A DNA stretch of 64,000 nucleotides from Podarcis melisellensis (Eukaryota): the NCBI GenBank assembly GCA_964234715.1, contig OZ174279.1. The stretch is one strand, 5' to 3'. Of this stretch, positions 26,916-40,121 are shown one piece after another. Made by a program: the position numbers and the translations under genes. Numbering within the stretch: the stretch's first letter is position 1; each line of letters opens with the position of its first letter. The notes below the pieces were generated by a model that made no database searches, had not been told where the DNA came from, and worked only from the letters and a program-made list of their open reading frames with translations.

Positions 26916-28341
26916 CTCCCTACACACTTCACACCCACAAACATGATTTCAAACACATAAATAGAGCTTTTATGTCAGCGTCTTCCAAAATTCCATCCAT
27001 GGAGCTTTCAATTGAAATGCAAATAGCATCTCAGAGGGGTGGGTTTTTGTTGGGGCTGTGAAAGGGGGAGGAAATGTTAAAGTTCCCCTCCCCGCCCACC
27101 TCAGTTGACATCAGACACTGCTTGGCATTCCTCCCCCCCCCCCCCGCCCAGCCAATTACATAACAAAACCATGTATAGAGGGGATATCTAGCCTGGTCCC
27201 TAGGGACTGGCTGAAAAGCAGCAATTTCTTGAGGGAAAGAGTAGCTGCCTTGGTGCAGCAACTGTCTTGGGCAAGTGGCAAAAACCTTGTGCGCAGCACA
27301 CAAAACAGTTACTGCATTTCTGCAGAACAATGAAGGATCCTATTTATGCCTGTGCAGCAGAAACAAAAGGGCAAAAGCAGAGATCTGGCTTTTGCCCATG
27401 CAGGTTGGAACTGTTCCTATGGTTGAGCAATGCAAAGGCAACCTGAATGAGTACAAGTGAGTGAGTGAGTGATCTCCCTTCTCTTAGGAAGATAAATAGC
27501 ACAAACTGGTTGTGGAACTATAAGCACCCTGTACTTGCAAAGACATTAGACCCCCAAATACAAACAATTGCAGTATTTTTATTTTATTTTATTTTTTTAA
27601 TCTAAACATTCAAAACATGAAAAGTACACCATTATGCAGGGGATTAATTAAAGCTGAGCCAAATATCTTGACTCCACCACCACTTTTGCAGGGCCATTGC
27701 CGCTTGCAAAGTTCTTTTGGTTGGGGGCAAATTGTAATAACTGGGGAGGGGTCTTACCTTCAAACAAGAGATGGCTGAAGGTTTTTCTTTCTCTCACAAA
27801 AAGGAAAAGTCCTGCTGCCACTTTGAGTAGCAACTTGGCTGCTCTTAGCAGTCTGCTGGCCAGATTCCTAGGACATAATGCCCCCTGGGAATAATGCTTC
27901 ATCATAGTGTAGTGTCGTATCCAGGGGCATTCCTGGGGAGGTGGGGGGAGAGATGATAGTCCCCACTGGTAAGAGACAAGTAAATTAGTAGGAGCTGCTT
28001 CTGTTCTGGTTACACCCACACAGGTAGCAGAATCAAGGGGTAGATTCCTGTAAATGATGGAACTGCAGAACCGGCACTGTTTCCTTTCCACTATTAATCA
28101 CATTGACCCTCATTTGTCATTTTGTTGCCCATTAATCTGGTTAGATGAGTTCTTTGTAGTCTTGGGCCTTAATAACACTTGGGCCTTAATAACACTGAAT
28201 AATGCTTTTCCAGCATTTCCAGTATATTTTGATATTATTTCTGGATGTCATTTTCCCAGAATATCCAGAAATGCTTGTGGTGTTTGGAATTAGACAAATG
28301 AACTGAAGACATTCAGGTTCAGAGGTGCTTTGTCCCTGAAT

Positions 28342-28695
28342 AAAGGTAAAGGTAAAGGGGGGTGACCCCTGACCATTAGGTCCAGTCGTGGCCGACTCTC
28401 GGGTTGCGGCGCTCATCTCTCTTTATTGGCCGAAGGAGGTACAGCTTCCGGGTCATGAGGCCAGCATGACTAAGCCGCTTCTGGCGAAACCAGAGCAGTG
28501 CATGGAAACACCATTTACCTTCCCGCTGGAGCGGTACCTATCTACTTGCACTTTGACGTGCTTTCGAACTGCTAGGTTGGCAGGAGCAGGGACCGAGCAA
28601 CGGGAGCTCACCCCATAGCGGGGATTTGAACTGCCAACCTTCTGATCAGCAAGTTCTAGGCTCTGTGGTTTAACCCACAGCACCACCCACGTCCC
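28342..28695 (-). mobile_element. Sauria SINE, near full length
   Basis: (aaaggt)n tail, conserved core, head aacccacagcaccacccacgtccc. Confidence 0.9.
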
Positions 28696-29029
28696 TGAAT
28701 ACTTGCTACCAAACAATGAAGGCTGCTGCTTTCCTATCTTGCTGGTGGGCTTCCCAGAAGGACTCAGCTAGCCAATGCAGGAAATAAGACGGGCTACTTC
28801 GGACCTTTGGTCTGATCCAACATGTCCCTTCTTATGTTCTGAAATGGCTATCCATTATAAGATGACACATTTTATAAATTAGGCTTGGTGTGTTTGTTTT
28901 ACTGATGCTGCCCCTATACCAGATCACCTGACTGACACACAGAAATGTAACAGGTGAAGGATTTCCAGTACCAGAGAAGCCTTGCCTACTGCATTTCTCT
29001 GTATAGACAGCTGTTAGAGACTTGGGAAT

Positions 29030-29108
<79 letters not shown>
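29030..29108. repeat. Compound microsatellite (GT)n(GA)n
   Basis: Seen directly in the sequence. Confidence 0.95.
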
Positions 29109-29112
<4 letters not shown>

Positions 29113-29168
29113 AACTTACAATTATAAATTACATAGACTAGATTCCCCCTTGCATTTGCGTACACTAA

Positions 29169-29182
29169 CTGCCACCTGCTGG
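29169..29182 (-). promoter_or_regulatory. Candidate CTCF site
   Basis: Minus strand CCAGCAGGTGGCAG matches the CTCF core consensus; motif match only. Confidence 0.4.
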
Positions 29183-29952
29183 TTCATACAATCACTACAA
29201 CAGATTAGAATCCAAAGTACTGTATCCCTAATAAGCATACCTTGAAAGGTTCAGGAATGCGGGAGAGAATCTAGTTCCCCACTGTTCCTTTCACATAGGG
29301 TTGCCATATCCCCCAAAGTGAAAATCTGGACAAAGATCCTTTTTTAAAAATAACAATTAAAAGGGAACTGACAAGTGACTGATCCTCATAATACTGACTA
29401 CATAATACCTATAATCAGAAATAGCCAAGATTTCAACAGTTAAGCAGGTCTTAATAAAAAAAAAAAATCTGAATGCAATAACATTTTGCATCTCAAACTG
29501 CCTGACATTTTGCTGAGCTGCTGCAGAGAAAGTTATTGCACTCAGCCATGTAATCTTTGACTACTATTCTAATACCTCTTTGTAAAAAAAACAACAACCC
29601 TGCACCGAAATGGGATTTTGGTACCCATAAAATTAAATGCATTTGTAGAATTCTCCTGGTCATATAGTCCCAAAACCAGCTCCTATACAACTAAATAATT
29701 CTGATCAATAAAACATGTAAATGGCCACTTTTCCTGGTAGAAAGACAAAATGCAAATACCTGCAACTTGCTAATCAATGGACACTTATTGTTATAAGAAT
29801 TCTAAGGTGTCATAAATAACATGAATGTTCATAAGGAGACAAGGTAAACACACTTACAGTATATAAACCACGTCTGGAATAGTACAAGAGAGCTATCCTG
29901 AAGCCATCTAGAGACTCTTAATGATGCCAAATATTCCTCTGCAGAAGGAAAT

Positions 29953-30399
29953 GTTGTTGTTTAGTCATTTAGTCGTATCCGACTCTTCATGACCCCATGG
30001 ACCAGAGCACGCCGGGCACTCCTGTCTTCCACTGGCTCCCGCAATTTGGTCAAACTCATGTTGGTAGCTTCGAGAACACTGTCCAACCATCTCGTCCTCT
30101 GTCGTCCCCTTCTCCTTGTGTCCTCCATCTTTCCCAACATCAGGGTCTTTTCCAGGAAGTCTTCTCTTCTCATGAGGTGGCCAAAGTATTGGAGCCTCAG
30201 CTTCATGATCTGTCCTTCCAGTGAGCACTCAGGGCTGATTTCCTGAAGAATGGATAGGTTTGATCTTCTTGCAGTCCATGGGACTCTCAAGAGTCTCCTC
30301 CAGCACCATAATTCAAAAGCATCAATTCTTCGGCAATCAGCCTTCTTTATGGTCCAGCTCTCACTTCCATACATCACTACTGGGAAAACCATAGCTTTA
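29953..30399 (-). mobile_element. 5'-truncated BovB (RTE) LINE
   Basis: KAMVFPVVMYGSESWTIKKADCRRIDAFELWCWRRLLRVPWTARRSN is the BovB RT C-terminus; (caa)n tail; 12-bp TSD gcagaaggaaat at 29941 and 30400. Confidence 0.93.
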
Positions 30400-31826
30400 G
30401 CAGAAGGAAATATCTTGGGGGGGGGAACCACTCCCAATGGTTCTTTTCACTTACAAATCCTGTCTTAAGGGCATATTTTGTGCATGAATAGAGTAGGTAT
30501 GGATTCAAGAACGAAGGTACTTACCATCTCAAAAGAATGACCTCTTAAGCAATGAGAGGATGAATGGGTGACACTATCAGCTGTATTTTGACTGGTTCCC
30601 ACCAGTGGTGTTGCTATAGGACTTACTTATCTGCATTGCCCTGGGAACATCAAATGTACCTGCCTCTGCATTTGTCACAGGACTGCCTGGTTACCTGTGT
30701 AATTTTGGAAAAAATTGGTTTGTGTCAGCTGGTGTGGCTTGTAGATTTCTTGTGGAAGATGCCTGCCTGCCACCTGTGTTTTTAAAATGAGGCGTCTTCC
30801 CTAACTTTCCCCCAATAATTCAGACCCCTATGAACAAAGACTGCATTTAAAGAATGCACCAGAGTCAAACCTTCTTGCTGCAGAAAGAGCAGGAGCCTGA
30901 CAATAGGATCTTAACACCTGACACCACTGTTCTAATTTGACCGAGAAATTTCTTGCTTGTCAGCAGGCAGTTTGAAGTGCTTTCATATCGTGCAGCCAAA
31001 TATAACTCATTGTACCATGCACATCATATTTTCCCTTTGTCCCTGGGACTCGGGGGGACTGGCTGCATCAGGAGCTGTACTAATGGGCAAGCCGGGTACA
31101 TATAAAATATACAAATGTCAAAAAGTGAAATGTTTGTATGGTTACAAATTCCCTGCAAAAGAACACAGTACAAAAACCTTACAACAGCAGCAGTGCTATC
31201 AAACATTAAATACCAAATGCGTATCTGGCGATTTGACAAGTACCCAAGGGGTGAGCACCTGAAATGTTATAAGGGGTTGGGAGACCCATTAGCAAGGGTC
31301 TGTAATCTTGCAAGAGAAGGCTACCTGTCCACTTGTCAGTGCAAATCAATCTGGCAATCTTTCTGGCTGCTGTATGGCTCAGTCAGACAAAAAGTGCCTG
31401 CAGAGCAAATGATTCATATAACTAATAAATGATAGTAAATTACATAGATACTTAATAAAGTTACTTATTTCCTTTTTAAAAAGGGGTCTAACTAGCAAAG
31501 CACAGAACTCTTCCTTCCCCTAAGTAGGTATTTATTTATTTAGATAAATATCTAGATACTCAAAGAAACAAAGAGTCAAAACCAAACGTAAAATTAAAAG
31601 ATTGCTTCTTTTAATCCTATACCCACTTCCCTGGAAGTAAGCACTTTTGAACTCAATGGGACCAAATTCTGAGTAGGATTAAGTAGTGCAATATAAGATT
31701 GCACTGTTAAACCACTTATTTAATAGCAAAACATGACTTCTCGGAGTCAGAAGAAACTGCCTTTCAATTCAATGGGACTATCCGCAAGGAAATTGAGTAA
31801 AAGACTACAGTTTATAATTTGAAGGC

Positions 31827-31860
<34 letters not shown>
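31827..31860. repeat. (GT)n(GC)n microsatellite
   Basis: Seen directly in the sequence. Confidence 0.9.
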
Positions 31861-34800
31861 CTATATATTCCTCTGGTAACACAAAATCTAATTATCATTG
31901 GTTTGACAATTTTCGAGCAAGCCATCTGGTTCCTTTTAAAATATGTCTCTCTAAAAATAGAACACAATTAAAATTATCCCAAATTAAAAATGAAACAGGA
32001 AAATGATAGAAAGTGCATAGAATTAAATTAGCATGCTCGGTAGCAAATAGAAAGGATAGCATCATAACTGACAGCTCCACATGTCTCTTTGTGATAAGTG
32101 ATTGAGAGACCCATTCTTTCCGCTGCATTTCTGAAGTGACTGCAAGCAACTTAGGACATCATACAAAGAACAACTGGTAAGAGCCTATTTTTTTTGTTAG
32201 AGCATTATACTACACCATTCAAATAGATAATTCATTTTGTAAAGAAACTGCACACTTGTATTTTTATTTGGGAACCAGTTATTTAGGAAAGTTATCTACA
32301 GAATTGCTCGCTCTCAGTTAACAGCATTGTTCCATGTCCCCTGAGTGCTTGAATTAGCAGTCAAGAATGGATTCAAAGTTAGTTCAGAAATGAGAAAAAC
32401 TCTTCATAAGAAAATTATTGTAGCAAGAAATTTGAAATCTTTCTACCTTCTATTGGTTACTAACTTAGATTCTTCATGATTGTCTGCCAGTGTAGTTAAC
32501 AGTACAATCCCTATGCAAGTTTATTCAAGTCTGATTGAGTTCAGTGGGACTTACATTAAAGGGTATTATCTAGAGAAGGAAAAGGAGAAAGAGATACCGT
32601 ACATTATATAAGCACAATGCTTAATTAGAGTTACCTGCCTTTCTTGCTAGACTACAATATTGAGCCAAACAGGTGACATATGTTATGCTAACTAATTAAC
32701 AAATTTGGAGTGCCTTAGGTGAGAATGCCTGATGAGAGTTTTTAGCCATTCTAAGGAGTGTACAATGCATAGATCACTTACCTGAGCACTTTAGATTTCA
32801 CTATACTAATACATTCTAGTTCTGCAGACAGTCCAGCACAATGATTGTGTCACACTGAATAATCTAAATGAAGATGGCAATATTTAAAAGAATATTCAGA
32901 CATAATAGATCTTTCTTTTACACAAAGATATAGTACTAAGTGGCTTTAAGATTGCAGCCTCATCATTCCACACCTCCATAATATTATTTTGGAACAGAAT
33001 ACATTATCTTAGGCTAGTGCCAATGATAATTCGAAAGTCCAGAAATGTAGAAATATTAATTTTCAAAGATCAGGCTTGTTTTTGTCCTGGAAGATCAAGA
33101 TAAATACTACAGTATATAATCCACACTATTATACAGCAGCACTAATGCAACTAATGTAGTACTTTAAAGTAGACTTCAAACCCACAGTTATGTTGCACTC
33201 TGCAAATTTTCTATCCAGCCCAAGCCTATGCATATTTAGTTAGATAATAATATAATTCATTGAGTTTACTTCCTGGTAAGTGAGCATAGAAATGCAGCCA
33301 TCAACCCAATCCTATGCATTTTTACACATAAGTAGGTCTTCAGTTCCTCTCCAATATTTTGATACTGTTTTGCATTTTGCCTTCCTATCAGGAAAAGTGG
33401 GCATTTACAAGTTTCCTTGATCGGAATTATTTGGTTGTATAGGAGCTGGTTTTGGGACTGCTGTATATGACCAGGAGCATTCTACAAATGCATTTAATTT
33501 TATGGGTACCAAAACCTCATTTTAGTGTAGTTTTGTTTGTTTGTTTTTGGGAATAGTAGTCAAAGAAGGTGGGTGGCGTGTCCTTCCATGTTTATCACAT
33601 GGCTGAGTGCAAGAACTTTCTCCACAGCAGCTCAGCTAAATGTCAAGCAGTTTGAGATGCAAAATGTTATTGAATTGCATTGCATTTTGCAATAGAGGCA
33701 TACATTAAAAGCAGTGTCAAAATCATACAGGGTGGTAGTTAGGAAATATAGCAACTACAATCAAGATATGTCTGTTCTGAGTTCTGGAACCTAAATGTCT
33801 TTTCCTGAGTTATGTAGCGATAAGGACACTGAAGTGGTACAAGCATGACATGCCCAGATATGTACCCCACTATCTGCCAAGTTTTCTCTGCCACACATAC
33901 TTTGAAGATAATGTTTCTGGAATCTAGAGGTCATTTCATTGTTTCATCCTCGTCCAGAACTATTGGCTTGTCATAGTGTGGTTCACAGAATGCCTCTTTA
34001 GGTTATAAAACATACGTTCTTCAAATCCAATCATCCAGTCACTTTGGCCCCTGTCTGCAAAAACAGTACAGAAGCATATATCAGTCAAGATGCAACTCTG
34101 TACACACTTACCTGGAAGTAAGTGCCATTTACCAAAGTGGAACTTCTGAGAAAACATGCACGGGGCAGAATTGAATTAGAATAGAGTTCCCAGGGACTCC
34201 TGAGGGCATTTTGCTCTTTGGGGCAGAACAGCAAATACACCTTGTACCCCAAGTCAAGGTAGATAATATGCAAGTGACCAGTTAGGGGGTTTTTTTGGAA
34301 CTGACAGCAGAAAATCCCACAAGCGCCTCTCCCCCACCCTGCCAATAAAAATGGGAAAACAACTAACATCTTGCTGCCCTTTTATGATACCCCAAACCAG
34401 CTGCTCCCTCTGCCTAGCCTTAGATGCTTCTGTTTGTGGAAGATCTCCCTTAATGCTACAGCTTCAGACTGTGCCTTGAGTCTTCTGCTGATTGCAGTTA
34501 CAGAACTGGTGCTTGATCTTCTGGTTCGGTGATCTTCATTTCATGTGACTTTCTTCTGCATTTTGTGGAGGAGCAGAAGGCAAATGCTGCCAAAGCTCTC
34601 TGAGGCAGGAGCAGGGTCCCTGACAGCAGGGAAGATTAGGAAGAGAGATGGCGACAGCAGAGGCAGAAGCAGAAGCTCTGCAGCAGAGGAAGCAGGGAGT
34701 TTGGCTTCTCCAGAGTGGTCACTCCATTGTGGTTGAGAGGGGCTTCCTCACAGGGAACAAGAGGCTCAGGAATAAAGGCATGGGAGGCAGGACAGGCACA

Positions 34801-35639
34801 AAAAGCAGGAGACTTGCAAGGATGGAGCTCCCTGATCAAAAAGAGAGCCTGTATATAGGAGAAGGAACTGGGTGGGAATAACCCACTTCTGTCTAGCTGA
34901 GGCCAAAGGGGTCCAATTCTGCTTTGTCCCAGCATGGCAGCAAGTTCCCAAGCGGGACTGGATGGCAAGTCTGAAAACTGCAGAAAGCAGGATTGAAAAC
35001 ACACACACATGCAGCAGCTCATGAGTTTATCCCTCCTTGGTTCAGATGCTGAAAACTGGCTGGTTTACCTGCACCCTGTGAAAAGCAGGATCGACCTCTT
35101 TCTCACCTGACTGATGTATTCAACCATGCCCACCGGTTCCTGCTAATGTGCAGGGAGTTCAGTCCTGCTTGGTTTGAGCCTACCAGTGCCGTAAAACCCT
35201 GCAGAAAGCAGGACTGAACTCCCTATGCATCAGTTGAAGTATGTGATAGGATGTGTGTGTTTTCAAGGTCGGCTTGAGCATTACTTTTCCTCACCCCTGC
35301 AGACCAACTTCAGCAGCTGAGTGAGACAACTCACCTGTCAAAGTTGGCTCAAGGGTGTGGGGGAGATAATAAAAAGGTCTGCCAGATTAAAAAGATTTCC
35401 CACTCCTGCTCTGCTTGGTAGCATCCCAGGTCCAGCAGGCCTAGATGCCCCTCATTCTCCCCATCTGACTTATCTTGTACTCTGGCACTCCAGTGTTATG
35501 TTCCACCAGTTTATATTTAGTATTGCACCAGCATATCTGTCTTAGTGGTGATGAACCTGGCATTTTGTCAGCTGATATGGACTTCTGCCAAATCCGGTGG
35601 CAGATAATAAATAATACTAATAACAATAATAATAAAAAT

Positions 35640-36136
35640 AAAATGTATTATTTATACCCTGCCCATCTGGCTGGGCCTCCCTAGCCACTCTGGGTGGCTT
35701 CCAACAAAATATTAAAATACAGTAATGCATCAAACATTAAAAGCTTCCCTAAACAGGGCTGCCTTCAGATGTCTTCTAAAAGTCTGGTAGTTGTTGTTCT
35801 CTTTGACATCTGGTGGGAGGGTGCAGTGGCGTAGCGTGGGGGGTGCAGGGGGGCCAGCCGCACCGGGCGCAACATCTGGGGGTTAGGGTTAGGGGGTGCA
35901 AATCCACGGGTTAGGGGGCGCAAATTACTTGCCTTGCCCCGGGTGCTGACAACCCACGCTACGCCACTGGGAGGGTGTTCCACAGGGCAGGTGCCACTGC
36001 CAAGAAGGCCCTCTGCCTGGTTCCCTGTAACTTGGCTTCTCGCAGTGAGGGAACTGGCAGAAGGCCCTCGGTGCTGGACCTCAGTGTCCGGATAGAATGA
36101 TGGGGGTGGAGACGCTCCTTCAGATATACTGGACCA
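35640..36136 (-). mobile_element. L2-like LINE 3' end interrupted by a hAT MITE
   Basis: GPVYLKERLHPHHSIRTLRSS...QGTRQRAF, the reverse-strand homologue of 56950-57280. Confidence 0.8.
35824..35969. mobile_element. hAT MITE containing TTAGGG units
   Basis: Perfect TIR cagtggcgtagcgtggg / cccacgctacgccactg; perfect 8-bp TSD ggagggtg. Confidence 0.92.
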
Positions 36137-36549
36137 AGTGCAGGATTGTACCCTAAGTTATATAACTTACATTTGGTGGGTAGACACATAAATCTCATGC
36201 TATCTCTGAGACTCAGTCATCATGATTGTCCTGTGTGAGCCAAGCTGGTTTTGTCTTTAGTTTGTCCCTTGTCTGACTCCAGTGTTTTCCCTGTGGATTG
36301 AAAGGTCAGGCAGCTACTCACATAAGTCTTTTGTTCCTAGATTTTCCTCTTCCTCAGCGATGTGCAGTTGCCCACTTTTCCCCAGTGTAAGCTCACCCCA
36401 CCCCAGGTCCTTACACCCAGTGATGGAGTGGTAAACAGAGGAGCCACTGGAGTGCCTAGGATTGTGATTTCCATTAGTTGTGAGTTTCCTACTGTTCCTT
36501 ATTACTACTCCTGTTCCTTAGGCAGTTCCTCATTATTTCCAGGTGCAAC

Positions 36550-36769
36550 ATGAAGCAAGGATCAAGCTTCCTCTTTTTCTCGCTGGTGCTTCTGCTGAAA
36601 CTTTGCTGTTACATTGAAGTGATTGCTGAAGAAGACCCCCAACAGCCACCCAGGGGAGTCTGTGCCAATTGGATGTCAGGAGCACCAGGCTACCCAGGCC
36701 ACCACGGAAATCCAGGGAGAGATGGAAGGGATGGGAAGGACGGGGAAAAGGGAGAGAAAGGAGATCAAG
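36550..36769 (+). CDS. ADIPOQ: Adiponectin, first coding exon (signal peptide, variable region with Cys, start of collagen domain)
   Basis: Acceptor ttatttccag ends at 36542 and ATG is at 36550. Translation MKQGSSFLFFSLVLLL...RGVCANWMSGAPGYPGHHGNPGRDGRDGKDGEKGEKGDQ matches the adiponectin C-x-x-WM-x-G pattern. Phase-1 donor G|gtgagc at 36769/36770. Confidence 0.95.
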
Positions 36770-37335
36770 GTGAGCGCTTTCAGCCCTCCGTTCTATACAA
36801 GCCAGCAATTCCCACAAGGGCCCCGCGAACTTTAATGGGTTTAAATCTAATCAATTGGCAGGACTGAGATCAAAGGTTCACACATCACCATGCAGGCCAG
36901 ATGACACATGAAAGTACAAGAGGAAGAAAGAAAAAACATGTCACTGCAGACATAAATTGACGATTGCGTTTCCTTCCCTTTATTTATTCCGTCATTTATT
37001 TTTAAACATGATGTCGTGCCTTTCAATCCTCTTCAGGACACCAAAGGTGCATTTTTTACATAAATGCTGTAGATAACAGTAGATAAAACTACTGAAAAAG
37101 AATAACAACCAACACTACCAAAGCATAAAAAGAGCACAGCAGAAGAATCTGTAACCAATAAGCACCCAAGGACATATTCAGGACCAAAGAGGCAGTGAGT
37201 TAGGGGATCTGTGATTAGAATCTCCCTCCCCCCTTTTCTGATAATTAGCAGGAGGAGGGCGCTTTGAAAATGAAGGACATGGTGCTCTGGGAGAGAGTCT
37301 TTACACTTTCCTCCCAAATCCTTTCCCCCATTGTA

Positions 37336-37532
37336 CAGTGGTACCTCGGGTTACATACGCTTCAGGTTACAGACTCCGCTAACCCAGAAATAGTGCTTCA
37401 GGTTAAGAACTTTGCTTCAGGATGCAGCAGGAGCTGGCCCCATTAGCTAAAGTGGTGCTTCAGGTTAAGAACAGTTTCAGGTTAAGTACAGACCTCTGGA
37501 ACGAATTAAGTACTTAACCCGAGGTACCACTG
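37336..37532. mobile_element. Tc1/mariner MITE (family A) in the ADIPOQ intron
   Basis: cagtggtacctcggg ... cccgaggtaccactg. Confidence 0.88.
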
Positions 37533-37904
37533 CAAACCCATACCAGCTGCTGTTAGCACCAGTAAGGGCAGACAGGAGCAAAATTTTGTTTTATATTTTT
37601 ATTATTATTTATAATGAAAATGATAATAAAGGGTTTGAGGTGTTGGTGGGTTTTTTTTAAAAAAACAACAACTGTGATATATAAATTTTATTCAATACTT
37701 GTTTATGACTAGCTGAGACACGGATCTCATCTGCAGACAGAAGTGGGTACATGAGGCTCCATCTCACCTTTGACCATGGGCCACGTTTATTAGCTGATAA
37801 TGATTAGGGTTAGGACATTCATTTGAACACTGAAAGAATGTTTGAGGGTCTTTTGAGGTCACACTTTGTCCAGTTGCCACCTGGATTTTTAATGGATTTA
37901 AATA

Positions 37905-38283
37905 CCGTACTTTTCTGTGTATAAGACGAGGTTTGTTTCTGAGAAAAGAATCTCAAAAAGTGGGGGTCGTCTTATACATGGATTGTGCAGAGGGGATTGG
38001 TTGCTGCTGCGAGCAGCTGATTGTCAGCAGCGATTGTGCTGTTGATTGGCTGTTGCTGCGGCAACTGGGCGAGTGATTGGCAGCTGCTGGCGGCGAGTGG
38101 GCAGAGGATTTTTGGCGACTGTGATGCGTGCAATTGGCAGCATTGTTAGGTGGGTGAGTGATTTTCATTACCCCCCCCCAATCTCAACAACTCTGGGCAA
38201 TCCCCCCATTTTCTTAATTTTGAGTCCCCCAAAATAGGGGGTGTCTTATACACAGGGGGCATGTTATACACAGAAAAATATGG
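37905..38283. mobile_element. Tc1/mariner/pogo-type MITE in the ADIPOQ intron
   Basis: TA|ccgtacttttctgtgtataa ... ttatacacagaaaaatatgg; internal gattggc repeats. Confidence 0.75.
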
Positions 38284-38780
38284 TGCTTATGCCACAGCAT
38301 AAGGAAGAATGGTAGAAACAGTTTTACTGTGTCCTATTTTTCTTGAAAAGGGTGCTGGAACTCACCATGAGCGTCTCCCTCATTCTCTTAGAATAGCCAC
38401 TCACCTGAGAGGTGCCAGAACTGAGTTTCGGCGAGTTCCAGCTGGGGAAAAAGCCCTGGGTTTACTTACATCAATATTTATACCCTAATGTCCTTCCCAC
38501 ATGTTTCCAGGGCATTTCCCAAAGAATCAAAAGTACTCTTAGGACACTGAAACTGCAGTCTTCATATTCCTGAGCAGCTCTGGAGTTTACTAGAACGAAA
38601 GCAGACCTAATAAAGCTGGGAATTACTTTCGTAGACATGAGCTGCCCGCACAAATAAGTTGACTCAGAATTTTGTTCTTGTGAAGGAAAGTGAGGCTGAA
38701 ATAATCTTTTCAGCTGAGGATGTTTGGGTGAAACCTCCTAGGGATGCTCCACTCTAACAAAAAATCCATTTTCTTGGTAG

Positions 38781-39310
38781 GTGTACCAGGCCTCAAAGGG
38801 GACAGTGGAATTTTAGGATCAGCTGGTGTTGCAGGCCCTCAAGGGGCACCAGGAAGCCCAGGACTGAAAGGGGAAAAGGGTGAAACTGCCTCCAGGTATC
38901 AGTCTGCCTTCAGTGTTGGTCTAACAGCCAGAGTCCCTTATGCCAATCTTCCGATCAGGTTTACGAAGATATTCTACAATGAGCAAAATCACTATGACGT
39001 AACGACAGGGAAATTCCGGTGCATCTTTCCCGGAGTCTACTATTTTGCATATCATCTCACCGTGTACGTGGCAGATGTAAAAGTTAGCTTGTTCAAGAAG
39101 GACACGGCGGTCATCATCACTTATGACAAGTACCAGAAGGACGACGTTGACCAAGCATCTGGTTCTGTCTTGCTCCGTCTGGAATATGGGGATGAAGTCT
39201 GGCTCCAAGTATATGGAGATGAAACAGACAATGGTATCTATGCTGATAATGTTAATGATTCTACTTTCATGGGATTCTTGCTCTACCCAAACTTGGATAA
39301 TGGACAATAG
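38781..39310 (+). CDS. ADIPOQ: Adiponectin, last coding exon (rest of collagen domain and C1q globular domain)
   Basis: Acceptor ttttcttggtag ends at 38780 and the phase matches the previous exon. C1q domain reads SAFSVGL...PIRFTKIFYNEQNHYDVTTGKF...DQASGSVLL...DEVWLQVY...GIYADNVNDSTFMGFLLY. Spliced protein is 249 aa with 22 Gly-X-Y triplets. Confidence 0.96.
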
Positions 39311-39578
39311 AATATCAGGGGTGGGAGAGAGGGGGAAAATAGCCAATAATTGTTTTGGATTTTCCTTGCAGTCTACTTGTCAACGCAAGGAACCACAGCA
39401 AATTGAATTTAGATAGGTTCAAGGGCGGTTCACACATGCATGTCCACTGCTTGAACATCCAGTGATGTCCATATGAATGAGCCATCACAGATACAACCCA
39501 CTGATATCCCTTCTTCACCACAGTGCGTTTCAATAGAGTCAGTTCACACATTCAGCTGTTCAACATCAAGAGCATGTT

Positions 39579-40034
39579 AATAAAATATAGAGAAAGCAAG
39601 TGATATACATGCACATGTGATTCCGGAATCTGCCTGTATTCATCAAAGACACCTGCTCAAACCTCTTCCTTTAGAAATGGGTGTTATTTACTTACATTTA
39701 TACTGACAAATAGAGCAAACAATAAGCTTCAAAGAGAGAAGCCTAAAGCAATAGAAATTCAGTAATGAGGTGCAGCCATATAAGCATTGTTCTGCACAAA
39801 TGGAAGCAACTAATGCTTGATAATATTATCATGATGTGGCTTTCAGAGTGATTTCTCATTAGATCTGCATTGCTTTCTCAGATATATTTTAATACATATT
39901 CCTGTTTCTTTAATGAGTTACGTGTGGCTTCTGCACCTTAGCATATGCACAGGATGTCATTAGCACTTAAATAAAAATGAAGGTTTGCAACAGAATATTT
40001 GGAGCAACAAATATGTTACTGAATTACAAATAAA
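39579..40034 (+). terminator. Candidate ADIPOQ polyadenylation signals
   Basis: AATAAA at 39579, 39970 and 40029; the last is followed by a T-rich downstream tract. Confidence 0.55.
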
Positions 40035-40121
40035 AATCCTGCTCACCCACAGTTCTATTTTTTTATTTCTTTTGTGCTGAAATCAGATGGCATATATATA
40101 TTCTGATCAAACAATCTAAAG

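Noticed and set aside
33960-34125. Apparent minus-strand mini-intron (gtaagt...tttttgcag) and downstream exon
   Set aside because: 57 nt is too short for a typical vertebrate intron, the donor derives from a palindromic repeat relic, and the peptide is unrecognisable.
1-36500. Coding exons of RFC4, EIF4A2 or ST6GAL1 (mammalian ADIPOQ neighbours)
   Set aside because: None recognised by eye or in the ORF track; very short or non-coding exons could have been missed.
36770-38780. ORF-track extensions of the ADIPOQ exons (36770-36867 and 38744-38780)
   Set aside because: Read-through into the intron; canonical splice sites join the collagen repeats in frame.
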